From NCBI RefSeq assembly GCF_001194135.2, contig NC_068982.1:115930355-115970214 (forward strand): a DNA stretch of 39,860 nucleotides, written 5' to 3'. The position numbers and the translations under genes are program-made. Under the pieces are notes generated by a model. That model saw only the letters and a list, made by a program, of their open reading frames with translations. It had not been told where the DNA came from and ran no database searches. Position 1 is the first letter of the stretch. Every line of letters begins with the position of its first letter. Positions 11,032-21,483 of the stretch are shown here, one piece after another. This stretch comes from Octopus bimaculoides (Eukaryota).

Positions 11032-11386
11032 TTTTTGTTTTGTTGGCACTCCGTCGCTTACGACGTTGAAGGTTCCAGTTGATCCAATCAATGGAACAGC
11101 CTGCTCGTGAAATTAATGTGCAAGTGGCTCTCAGGGATATTCAGCGTGACACAGTGTGACAAGGCTGACTCTTTGAATTACAGGCACAACAGAAACAGGA
11201 AGTAAGAGTGAGAGAAAGTTGTGGTGAAAGAGTACAGCAGGGTTCGCCACCATCCCCTGCCGGAGCCTCGTGGAGCTTTAGGTATTTTCACTCAATAAAC
11301 ACGCACAACGCCCGGTCTGGAAATCGAAACCGTGATCCTATGACCGCGAGTCCACTGCCCTAACCACTGGGCCATTGTGCCTCCAC
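11032..11386 (-). mobile_element. Near full-length tRNA-derived SINE (octopus OK/OR-type, recalled) with 12-bp TSD
   Basis: Head gtggaggcacaatggcccagtggttagg (A box) ... ggtttcgatttcc (B box), and an A/AAC-rich tail. TSD atcagtgttagt at 11020-11031 and 11387-11398. Confidence 0.88.
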
Positions 11387-11911
11387 ATCAGTGTTAGTAT
11401 CAACTGGTCAACTGGTAAACGTAAGTTCTGTACAATGCTATCTCTTGGTGCCACACAATGATATATCTTTGGGAAGGATAACATTTAAATGGTCCAACCC
11501 TCAGTTATAAATCAGTATCAAACAAACTGATTACAAAGTTAGGTGATGGTGGAATGGAGCTTTAGTGGTAAAGCTGGTAGCTACTGAATGGAAGCAGGTG
11601 AAGGTAGTAAAATAGACAGGTGACAGTAGTGGACGGTAAGAAATAGATGATGGTGATAAAGACATACAATAACAATTGATATAGTAAAATGACAGAACAT
11701 TCAAGAAAAGATAATTGAAAATTCAAGTCTATTAATAACATCAAAATAATGTGAACATGAAGTAGGATTAACTAGAGAAAATTATTGAGGGATTAGTAGG
11801 ACGGAAAAAATTTGTTTATTCTTTGATGGTATTTTATATAGGTCAATGTCTTACCAATTAACTGAATTCATTAGCTAGAAGGTCTAAGGTGTGCAAATGA
11901 GGCTAGGGATA

Positions 11912-11913
<2 letters not shown>

Positions 11914-11971
<58 letters not shown>
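11914..11971. repeat. (GT)n microsatellite
   Basis: Perfect GT run. Confidence 0.97.
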
Positions 11972-11975
<4 letters not shown>

Positions 11976-11979
11976 CTGG

Positions 11980-12690
11980 AGTGAGTGAGTGAGTAAGTGA
12001 GAGAGAGAGTGAAAGAAAGAGAGAGAGGAAAAAAGAAAAGTGTGAGAGAGAGAGAGAGTGAGAGAGAGAGAGAGAGACAGTGAGAGTGAGAGAAAGAAAG
12101 TGAAAGAGAGAGGGAAAAGTGAGAGAGAGAGAGAGAGAGAGAGAGAAGAGAAAAAGTGTGAGAGAGGGAAAAGAGAGAAAGTGAGAGAGAGAAAAAAGAG
12201 AAAGTGAGAGAGAGAAAAGAGAGAAAGTGAGAGAGAGAGAGAAGAAAGAGAAAGTGAGAGAGAGAAAAAGAGAGTGAGAGGGAAAGAATAAGAGAGTGAG
12301 AGGGAAAGAAAAAGCGAGAGTGAGAGGGAAAGAAAAAGAGAGTGAGAGGGAAAGAAAAAGAGAGTGAGAGGGAAAGAAAAAAGAGAGTGAGAGGGAAAGA
12401 AAAAGAGAGTGAGAGGGAAAGAAAAAGAGAGTGAGAGGGAAAGAAAAAGGGAGAATGAGAGGGAATGAAAAAGAGAGCGAGAGAGAAAAAAGTGAGAGAA
12501 AGAAAAAGAGAGAGGGAACGAGTGAGAGAGAGAGAAAAAGAGTGAAAGAGAAAAAAGAGTGAGGGAGAGAAAAAGAGTGAGAGAGAGAGTGAGAGAAACA
12601 AAGAGAGTAAGGGGAGAGAGAGAGAGAAAGAAAAAGAGAGAATATATTTTGTGTATGAGTGTGTGAGAGGGTGAAAGAGAGAGAGGGGGG
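11980..12690. repeat. ~700-bp polypurine (GA-rich) tract with an internal ~23-bp subrepeat
   Basis: Almost only G and A. The unit agagagtgagagggaaagaaaaa repeats at about 12270-12450. Confidence 0.95.
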
Positions 12691-12781
12691 GCAATTTAAA
12701 TGTCAATGTTCCAAGCCAGTAGATTCTCCAGTAAGGGAGAAAAGAAGATGACATAACATTCTAATTAAAACTCCTCAACTT

Positions 12782-12828
12782 TGACCTAGATGACCTTTAA
12801 AACTTCTCACCTCTGACCCACTTGACCT
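12782..12828. promoter_or_regulatory. Cluster of five nuclear-receptor half sites (intronic enhancer candidate)
   Basis: TGACCT-aga-TGACCT (12782-12796), then TCACCT-c-TGACCC-act-TGACCT (12807-12828). 12791-12799 reads TAAAGGTCA on the minus strand, matching the ERR-type TNAAGGTCA element. Motif match only. Confidence 0.4.
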
Positions 12829-13049
12829 TTTCTTCTTTACAGGAATACCAAGCTTTTCACTCAAGTTAATCTGATTTTAAATTATGTTCAGTTAATTTAC
12901 TGAAAACAAAACCAACTGTTTGACCATATAGCTCTAACATGGTCACATCCGGCTTGGAAGTCTTGAAAAAACCAAGGAGGCGATCCCTTCTCCAGAACAA
13001 AGAAAAAAATTAGCAGCAGCCACTAGAATAACATAGCTTATCTTTTTTT

Positions 13050-14425
13050 TTTATCATTAACAACATTTTAAATATTACTATCGATGAACAATACTGTCCA
13101 TTGCTTCATGCTTCTAGCCAACTAATCACTGGCCAATAACATTCCTGATGGCAAGAATTTCAAGGTAGTATTTCCAAATTGATGCAGAATAACTATCACG
13201 AGGGTCTTCATTTGTGAAGAAACTGCTTTCTTGTTTTCTCACAAATGTTTACATCCTTCACACACAATGTATTCATATGATGGCTTCTTCACATGTTCTG
13301 ACAACCAAATTCCACTCATAAGTTATTTAGCCTGAGACTTTGGTGGAAAACACCTTCCCAATGGACTGTGCAAAGAAATTTAATTCTGATCCAAGTTGTT
13401 ATTAAGTAAACTGATTAAACATGCAGTAATGCCTGTGTTCAGATACTGCAGCAGGGTGTAAAAATATACACAATTTTCCCAGCACATTCTCATGAGAACA
13501 CAAGTAAGAATATAACATTGGTTAATAGAATTTTAGCTGAATGAGTTCAAATCCAATGCAAACATTTTGTAATATTTCTGTAAGCATATTTCTTCTCTTG
13601 GGTTTCAGGAACCAGAGACTGAGGAAAGTTTTCTAGAAATGACTACTCTCTGATCCATGAGAACAGTTATCTTATCCATCTAACAATACAGAAATCTGGA
13701 TTAAGTATTTAATGTACATACATGATGATTTGAAGATAAAAGCGACTGCACATAGCTTTCTTAAATATGGATCACTTTTCATATCTATGTCGAATGTCTT
13801 CAGATACTTCATCCAAACTATATTCACAAGATGACACAAACCAACATGAGAAAGAAAGAAATTCTAATAATAATGCAAATAAGGTATTTTGCAAAGACTA
13901 ATATTGTATTACATAGTTTTGACAGACATTGTAAAATCTATGCAGTAAACTCCTTGAAGGATTTGTGAGCTCACAAGAAAGTGCTGAGAAGGGGTTGTGA
14001 GTTTTCTTAGAAATAAAATACTTCAACCAGTTACAATAGTTATATTCTAAACACAGCTCCATAAAATTAGTCAGGGATAGAATATATGAGTTGGATATTG
14101 TGTTATCAGAAAGCAGAAACTGGATTGATGATGCACTAAGGTCTAAATATTTCATTATATAAATCCTTCCTTTCTTTAAGTTTTCATAAAAATTTAACCA
14201 AGAAGCCACTAGTCTACACAAACATCTCCAACAAAGAGCATGATTGATGAGGTAGTATAAGAAAATATGAAAAACAAAATAACAAATTAGTTCCCTAAAT
14301 TAAATTAACTTTCATTAAAATAATTTGTTGTATTTTCTATTTGCAAAACATACAGAGAGGCCATTTGTAATACACTATTGAGTGAAAGTGGGTACTGAGC
14401 AACAACAGAAGGTCGAGAACCACTG
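13050..14425 (+). mobile_element. Old hAT (Charlie/Buster-like) transposon remnant
   Basis: Ends in ggtcgagaaccactg (14411-14425; MER5/Charlie-type TIR) followed by gtttatag (nnnTAnnn Buster-type site). Frameshifted, weakly transposase-like peptides occur internally (LCKEI, SNVFRYF, DDALRSKY). The left boundary is uncertain. Confidence 0.4.
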
Positions 14426-14657
14426 GTTTATAGCATTTCAAAGGTTCCAATTGAATTGTTGTAAAGTCTACCATAATTTTGAGAGACATTGTAAAATCTA
14501 CCACAGTAGTGGCTGGCTTTGTATCATAACACACTGTGATTGTTAGGCTGAGGAATGAACTTAGGAATAATTTTAGAAATTTTATTTGTGAATCAATGGG
14601 TTGAGGGGTGGAGGTAGAGAGAAAGAGAGAGAGAGAGAAAAAATTGTAAACACTTAC

Positions 14658-14762
14658 CAATATTATTGAGACATATAATATCTGGCTTTTGTATCCACAG
14701 TGACTGGTTAGAGCCTAGAAGTATAAAGGAATGGGTTACATTTATTGGTCAGTTATGCGGAA
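14658..14762 (-). other. Predicted 105-nt 5' (UTR) exon of the PPP1R3 gene
   Basis: On the minus strand: branch-like ctaat (14798-14794), tract ttacttcctttcttcctcaaccaatctgcAG| acceptor, and donor attg|GTAAGT at 14657-14652. All three frames contain stops. No transcript evidence is available. Confidence 0.55.
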
Positions 14763-14858
14763 CTGCAGATTGGTTGAGGAAGAAAGGAAGTAAATTAGGG
14801 ACTTAAGTCTCTAATCTACTCACGATAATTATTACAATTGATTAGTATTTCTTGTAAT

Positions 14859-15234
14859 CATGGAAGCGCAATGGCCCAGTGGTTAGGGGGCAGTGGACTC
14901 GCGGTCAAAGGATAGCAGTTTCGATTCTCATACTGGGCATTATGTTTATTGAGCAAAAACACCTACAGTTCCGGCAGCAGGGGTGGGGGTCGCGAACCCT
15001 GCTGTATTCTTTCACCACAAGTTTCTCTCACTCTTTCTTCCTGTTTCGATTGTACCTGTATTTCAAAGGGCCAGCATTGTCACACTCTGTGTCATGCTGA
15101 ATCTCCCCAAGAACTATGTTAAGGCTACGCATGTCTTTGGAGTGCTCAGCCACTTGCACGTTAATTTCCCAAGCATGCTGTTTCGTTGATCGGTTCAACT
15201 GGAACCCTTGTTGTCGTAACCGACGGAATGCCAC
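14859..15234 (+). mobile_element. tRNA-derived SINE, same family as 11032-11386 in opposite orientation, with 12-bp TSD
   Basis: Head tggaagcgcaatggcccagtggttagg and collinear body. TSD atttcttgtaat at 14847-14858 and 15235-15246. Confidence 0.88.
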
Positions 15235-15939
15235 ATTTCTTGTAATATTTATTAATAGAGAATACATTATTGAGAGACAATTCTAATAATTTTATTTTCT
15301 TGTATTAAATCATTCTATCTCCAAATTCAGATAAGACTATACTTCATTGCTTGAGGCTAAATAAAATAGAAGCATGTTTGGCGTTATCAACCTTATAGAG
15401 GAAAAAATGAAAATATTATTCATTGGTTGATTTTTTTTTTTATCTCATAGTGTAGTTATTTCTAGCAAGAATGTCTACAAAAACTAGGTCTTAGTATGAA
15501 GAGTACAGCTAAAGAACTAGTCATTAATAAATATTGGGAACAACTACCACCTCCAGAAATTGTTACTCTCAGACTGGATGTAGGAGTGGAATTTCTCTTC
15601 TAGAATGTCATAGACAATATAATTCTCTTGCTGGAGGATCAAAGTACCATTTTGTTTAGACATATATATGTTAGAATGAAGACTAGAAATGTTTGTTCCA
15701 CTCATTTCTAGTATTTATTAGAATCAACAAGAAAGCTGCCAATGCATCATTTGATTTTTAAGAAATAACAGTCATATCTCCCTCTCTTGAAGAGCAAAAG
15801 AATGGGTGGTCACTTCTCTATACCCTTTATCTTGCTCGCTGAATCAGAACAACAAAAATCAATATGGGGGAATTAGTCTGATGTTTCTAATGAGTGGTCA
15901 CAGGGACTCCCTCATAACTACATCTATATTCTGTTAGAT

Positions 15940-16140
15940 ACGTTATCACCTGTTCTGTATGTCCAGATCAGTTCTGGTCAAAAGACATTCCAATCACGAC
16001 CATCCAGATTTTTTTCCTTTTTTCCCAGATTTATTGTATCTAGGACTACATTATATAGTGTGTTCTTTCCTTTTTCTGATAATAGGATATGAGATTTAAC
16101 AGTTATTTCTAGCGAGTCGAATCACTACTTAAAGGCTCCC
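15940..16140 (-). mobile_element. Fragment of an (AAC)n-tailed octopus SINE family
   Basis: Motifs gacattccaatcacgaccatcc and gagatttaacagttatttctagcgagtcga recur at about 196-250, 18150, 20830-21160, 23130-23220 (+), 27270-27320 (+) and 30905-31050. Confidence 0.55.
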
Positions 16141-16340
16141 ACGTTGGCTTGTCGATATTGCTATATACTAGTTCAAGTTCGTTGCTATGCTGTCAGACAA
16201 AAATATTCTAACTCTTGCACGTACCTTCATAAATTGGGCAAATAATGTTTAGCTTGACTTTCTTGGTGAACATTAGTAACGGAATATAAGAAAATAAGAT
16301 TATACATTATTTATATGTATATAAATATATTTTAGTCGAT

Positions 16341-16702
16341 GCTGAACCGCTAAGTTACTGGGATGTAAACACACCAGCATCGGTTGTAAAGCGTTGGTGG
16401 GGGACAAAGACAGACACAAAGGCACACACATATACATATATATAAATATATATATATATATATATGGGAGAATATACAAATAATAACAACAGACGAGGAC
16501 AGGTGGTGTAAATAACAAAAGTATATATTAGTATATATATATATATACATGATGGGCTTCTCTCAGTTTCCGTCTACCAAATCCACTCACAAGGCTTTGG
16601 CCAGCCCGAGGCTATAGTAGTAGACACTTGCCCAAAGTACCACGCAGTGGGACTGAACCCGGAACCATATGGTTGGGAAGCAAGCTTCTTACCACACAGC
16701 CA
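16341..16702 (-). mobile_element. Composite tRNA-derived SINE (head + TA/CA microsatellite linker + 3' module)
   Basis: gggcttctctcagtttccgtctaccaaatccactcacaaggctttgg...gggactgaacccggaaccat...cttaccacacagcc matches the copies at 25211, 28279 and 32471. An unrelated ~68-bp insert (16466-16533) sits in the linker. Confidence 0.85.
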
Positions 16703-17699
16703 TATACATGCATATAGTCATATTTATGTTATAATCAGTGATTCGTATACCATAACTGAGGCAGCTTTCAATCAATGTTGAACGCGCTTGGAAGTAGTTA
16801 ACCTAGTGGTGTTTATTTAACTCACTGTTCTTCCCTACCTTCTCATCTTGAACTGTGATCAATCAGCAAACCAAAAAACAAACGAACAAAAAATTAATAA
16901 CACAGCAATGTCAAACGTCTTATCTTCATATCTGCATTATTTATAAATTACATTAGTGACTGTATTTTACGAAACTGCTATATTATAATCAATCAATTAT
17001 TTAACTGTTATATTTTGAAATGGAGCCTCCATTAATTTCGACGGTAAGAATTGAGTTGTCCTATCAATTGAATGATGTGTAAATGAGTATTATACAGCTC
17101 CTTAACGTGATTCCCAGGAATAGTCACACAATGTTAACAAGGCTGGTGCTTTTGAACTACAGATACAATCAATCCGACTGTCTTTCACACAATTTCCGGC
17201 TCCCTAATTTCACACACAAAGTCTGCCTCAACTCATTGCTATGGTAAAATATACTTGACAAATGAAACCACGCGATGCGCGAAATCGAACTCGAGAACTC
17301 GTGATTACGAAGCCAACCTCTTAACCATTCAGTCTACCAACCACTTACCACAACCAGTTTTTTTCAGTTATTTATTTTTCTGTTTTTACTTGATTTTATC
17401 TGCGTTTCGGTACATGTACCACCAAGCTGCTGACTCCTGTACATACACCACTACCACTACCACGCTAACGATATGTAACACTACCATCATCATCATCGGG
17501 CTGCTGATTCCAACAGAACTTCATTCCATTCTATATGAACATATGCCAGTAAAAAGAAATAAAATAATTCAGTCTCATATTATAGCTGAACTATCCTTAG
17601 CTGGAGGTGGAAAACGAATGTCAGAATTTGACAGGGGGAAATAAGCGGCAGTACGAATGTATAAAGAATGTAGCGCTGAAACACTAGAATAATAATAAT

Positions 17700-17850
17700 G
17701 ATAGTTGTTTCTAAATAAGGCACTAAATCTGAAATGAAGGGAACAGTCGATTACATCGATCTCAATACGTGCCTGGTATTTTATTTCATCGATCGAAACA
17801 CGATGAAAGTCAAGTTGATCTCAGAAGGTTTTTAATTCAGAGCGTAAAGC
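17700..17850 (-). mobile_element. Old SINE fragment (tcgattacatcga..gaaaggcaaagtcgac family)
   Basis: Shares gtcgattacatcgatctcaatac..ttttatttcatcgatc..gatgaaagtcaagttgatc with the copies at about 18900-19025 (-), 19095-19240 (+) and 35200-35340 (-). Confidence 0.55.
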
Positions 17851-18501
17851 ACCGATGCTCCAAAGATTCTGCAAATCCATCGTCCAAATAATAATGGTTT
17901 CAGTTTTTTTTTTGCACAAGGCCAGCGATATCATGATAGGGGTGAAATCGATTACATCAGTCCAGAAAAATTGTTCCGTTAGAAAATATAATGACGTATT
18001 TTTCTGTAGTACTTTCGTGTTTGTACTATACTGTCATTCTGGTTTCTGTTTTGTATTTTGGAAATTCAGTCGTAATACAGAAAGATCATCTTTGGAACTA
18101 TATAACACCAATGTATCTCATTCTCTTTAAGGTATCGGTATACAATTTGAGGGAGATTTAGCTGCTAATTACAGGTGGCCAAGCGATCATATAAACGCTT
18201 CCTTGTTGGCAACTGCTTATATAGGGGCTAAATCGATAAAAAAAGAAGACTAGCGAATTGATCCTGCTCTGGGGTACCTGCTTACAGTTAGTTCGACTGG
18301 AATCTCTTGTGAGTTAAGTGTTCTGAACACAAATATATGCAACCGTAACTTAAGCGACATGGTGCTAATTATAGATCTCTTCAGAACACAAAGACGGGCG
18401 AAATGCCGCAACGCATTTTATCCAGCGTGAATACTTTCTTAGATATCAAATCAGAAATATTGCGCCTGAGCCTGATAGATGAAGCCATGTTTGGTGTACG
18501 A

Positions 18502-18577
18502 GGTCACGTCGGGTGAGCGCGGTCACGTCGGGCGAGCGCGGTCACGTCGGGCGAGCGCAGTCACGTCGGGCGAGCGC
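18502..18577. repeat. CpG-rich 19-bp minisatellite, 4 copies (ggtcacgtcgggcgagcgc)
   Basis: Units start at 18502, 18521, 18540 and 18559 and differ from the consensus by at most one base. Confidence 0.97.
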
Positions 18578-19603
18578 AATATATGAAATCAAGTCAGGAA
18601 CTAGAAGCTAAAATTTTATTTTAATTGTTTTTAAATGAGAGAAGAATGTATCACCCGTATCCATGTTCAGTGACTTCGGAGTTAATGAGAAGTTATTTTC
18701 AAACGAGAGCTCTGGCCACCAAGTGCTTGCAACAGAATGAATTCCACAAAAAAATACCCTATAACCAAACCGATGTTAAACCAGGTGAAAGATTTAAAAA
18801 AAAAAATTAGTTTCGATCAATTTCCTTTTCAGTCGTCATCAGTTAACAATCAGAAAGTAAAATATAGGGTAAGATATAAATATTAATTCTTTCTAATTAA
18901 TTTTGGCACAAAGCCAGCAATTTTAGGTGAAAATGGTTAGATTACACCGACCCCACTAGTTGACTGTCATTTTATCGATGCCGAAAGAATGTAAAAAAAA
19001 CTGGAAATGTCACTAAGCATTTTGACACACACGCGCGCGCGCAAAGAAGTAAGCTGTCTAGAAAATAGTCTGTATAAGACCATTTTGATAGTAGAAGATA
19101 GAATCGGTAAGATGACAGAAATTTGATTTGCAGTATTTTGTCACGTTCTCTTATGTTTTGAGTTAAAATCCCATTGAAGTTGACCTTGTCTTTTGTCCTA
19201 CTGGTGTCGATGAAATGAGTACCAGAGAAATACTGGGATAAATAAAATTTGACTACATCCTTCTCGTGAAATGTGCAATTTTGTGCCTCTGTGAGAAACC
19301 AGTTTCTTTAATAAAGGCCAGAGAAATGCGTTGTGGTGATGTAACGAGGTGAACGAGTTTCGTTTATCCTTTATTACAACTGTATATAGCTAATAAAATA
19401 AATAGTAGGATCCTACGTGACAAATGTTTGGCATCAGCAATTAGTGTTTCACAATCAAATTGGTGTGTTGTGAGGAAGAGGAACAATCTAACGTTTCCTT
19501 TTGTCACAAAGCACAGAACCCTTTGCTACCGCACATGTTAGATTTTATCTTTCTCTCTGTAAACCATTTTAATTCATTTTTGAACGCTATCTAGCCCACT
19601 TGT

Positions 19604-19769
19604 CAGGAATGGCCGTGGGGTTGCCGGCGCCCCGAGCAAGCTGAACTTCGGTGTGTATAAGATGACGGTTGTGGAAATTTCCTTGTCTTTGTCACGTCCT
19701 CCTTGGCGTCCCCTAGCACAATGCGCCCCTGGCGATTGCCCGAGTTGCCGGTACCTTGAGTCGACCCTG
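19604..19769. mobile_element. 166-bp GC-rich hAT-type MITE with perfect 8-bp TSD
   Basis: TSD ccacttgt at 19596-19603 and 19770-19777. Ends are cagg... and ...ccctg, with internal gcgcccc motifs near both ends. Confidence 0.8.
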
Positions 19770-20091
19770 CCACTTGTGACCCTCACTTCCTCACCAGTTT
19801 TAATGAAAATCAAACCGATTGTTGCATTTTCGATAACGCAGTTCTGGTTAAAATAAATCTTACATGAACAGATCTAAGATAGACAGTCTTTATCGTTTCT
19901 TCGGACTATATCGGAGTCATGTAGAGAACAGATTTGCGATTATGGAGTATGGTAATATAAACAAAAATACTCCAAATAAGCAAGAGCTCTTCTCAAATGC
20001 GATCTCCTGCAGTACAAATATACAGTTCTCCAATGAGAGTGGATATTGAGTACAGTAAAATAAACCAAACATCTGTCGTTGAGTGGGTTTT

Positions 20092-20143
20092 CGAATAAAA
20101 GCAGGACAAGGTATAAACTTATACCTAGTCCGACTTTTATTCG
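20092..20143. repeat. 52-nt near-perfect hairpin/palindrome
   Basis: cgaataaaagcaggacaaggtataa-ac-ttatacctagtccgacttttattcg: 22 of 25 arm positions are complementary. Confidence 0.9.
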
Positions 20144-21226
20144 CCTAGTTTAACATCATAAAAAATACAAAATATGGAAATCGTTCTAAGCAACCTGAAT
20201 CCCTTTCAGGTGTTCTTTGTAAAAGCATGAGTGCCACAAGAAATTTCATAATCGTGGCGAGTGGTGTTAATAAATATACGGCCCAGTAAAAGGTTTAGCA
20301 AGTTATTATTTAAATCTCATGGATTCCACATTACATTCTCTCGTTCTGAAATCAATATAGTATAACAGTAATATACTGAGGAAAAGTAACTCACTTATAA
20401 CTAGTAGCGGTTGTATACAAGGGTGAATTAACTCGGTTATATATAAACTGTTTGATGGTTTTTATCTGTTCAACAAACGTTATAAAAGGGTTTTAAAATC
20501 ATTAACCTTCTATAATTTAAAAGATTGAACGTTTTACTTCAAATAAAAATGAATAACCCCAATCTAATTTTGTTCCTGAGGTAACATCACCACACTAACC
20601 TAGTTTAGTGGTATGATAGAATGAATGTTCACCCAGTTTATTATAGAAAGCAGCAGTAAGCTGACATATAAATGCAGTTTCTGTGAAATTCTATCCTGAA
20701 ATAGCTACAGTATGCGAAGGAGTAGAACTAGCTAAAAAAGTGCAATGTTCAGACAGTTCACAGCTTGTTAGTATTAAGAACAATGGATTCTTACATGACA
20801 AAACAGCTGGGACTATTAATCGGTGTCGTTAATTAGCTCCAAGTCAGGTCTGAATGATTAGATATGATCAAAGGATTTTCAGGGACTACACTATCAAACG
20901 TGTCTTTTGTATTTTAAAGGCAGTAGGTGTGATTTGAGATTTGGCTGCTGTTTCTAGTAGGTCGATCTAGCGTTGACTGATTGTTTCAGTTGTTGTTTAG
21001 ACCCATGTAGCCAAGATTCATCAGATCTTTCATCAAATACATTCCAGCCGTGACGGTATCGTCTTTGTGTAAACTATGACATTATTGAACTATACGACAG
21101 AGTGTACTTTAAGGAGCATTTGACAGCTATTTCTAGCTGGGTGAGCAACAGTATAGAAAGTCTGGAATACGAGAGTAACGTTTATGGTTGAAAACATTTG
21201 AAACGTCATGTGAAGAGGGTCTAAAC

Positions 21227-21483
21227 CATTAATTTCTCAACTATTTTCTTTTCCTTACCTATGGACCTCTTTGATTCCTATTTTACTCTGCTGGACCCCC
21301 ATAACCATTCGGTGTTAAAAAAAATCCTACTATATTTTTATAATTAAATATTATTTGAAGTTGTATTAAAAAATTCAAATATGTTGTGTAGCGAAGTATA
21401 ACCAGTTTATTGCACATAAACTTTAGCAACAAAATCTCACATGGACCCCCAAGGGTCATATGGACGCCAGTTGAGAACCACTC
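21227..21483. mobile_element. hAT Charlie/Buster-type MITE (~257 bp)
   Basis: Left end cattaatttctcaac, right end gttgagaaccactc. Flanks gtctaaac and atctaaag (6/8 identical, TA at positions 4-5). Confidence 0.7.

Noticed and set aside
11903-12754. 283-aa Leu/Ser/Phe-rich ORF
   Set aside because: It is the translation of the GA/CT tract and the (CA)n run.
12826-12842. Plus-strand acceptor-like ttttcttctttacAG
   Set aside because: No matching donor, ORF or other plus-strand gene evidence, and such motifs are frequent by chance.
14859-14940. tRNA-like A/B boxes (also 11310-11386, 28620-28699, 32471-32530)
   Set aside because: These are SINE heads continuing into SINE bodies with TSDs, and no complete cloverleaf forms.
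16466-16533. Insert resembling a Penelope-like element end
   Set aside because: Only 68 bp, based on recall, with no GIY-YIG, RT or ribozyme evidence.
17390-17440. Possible decayed hammerhead ribozyme (minus: ...ggtacatgtaccgaaacgc)
   Set aside because: The CUGANGA core is absent. Other ctgatga sites lack a proper stem II followed by GAAA.
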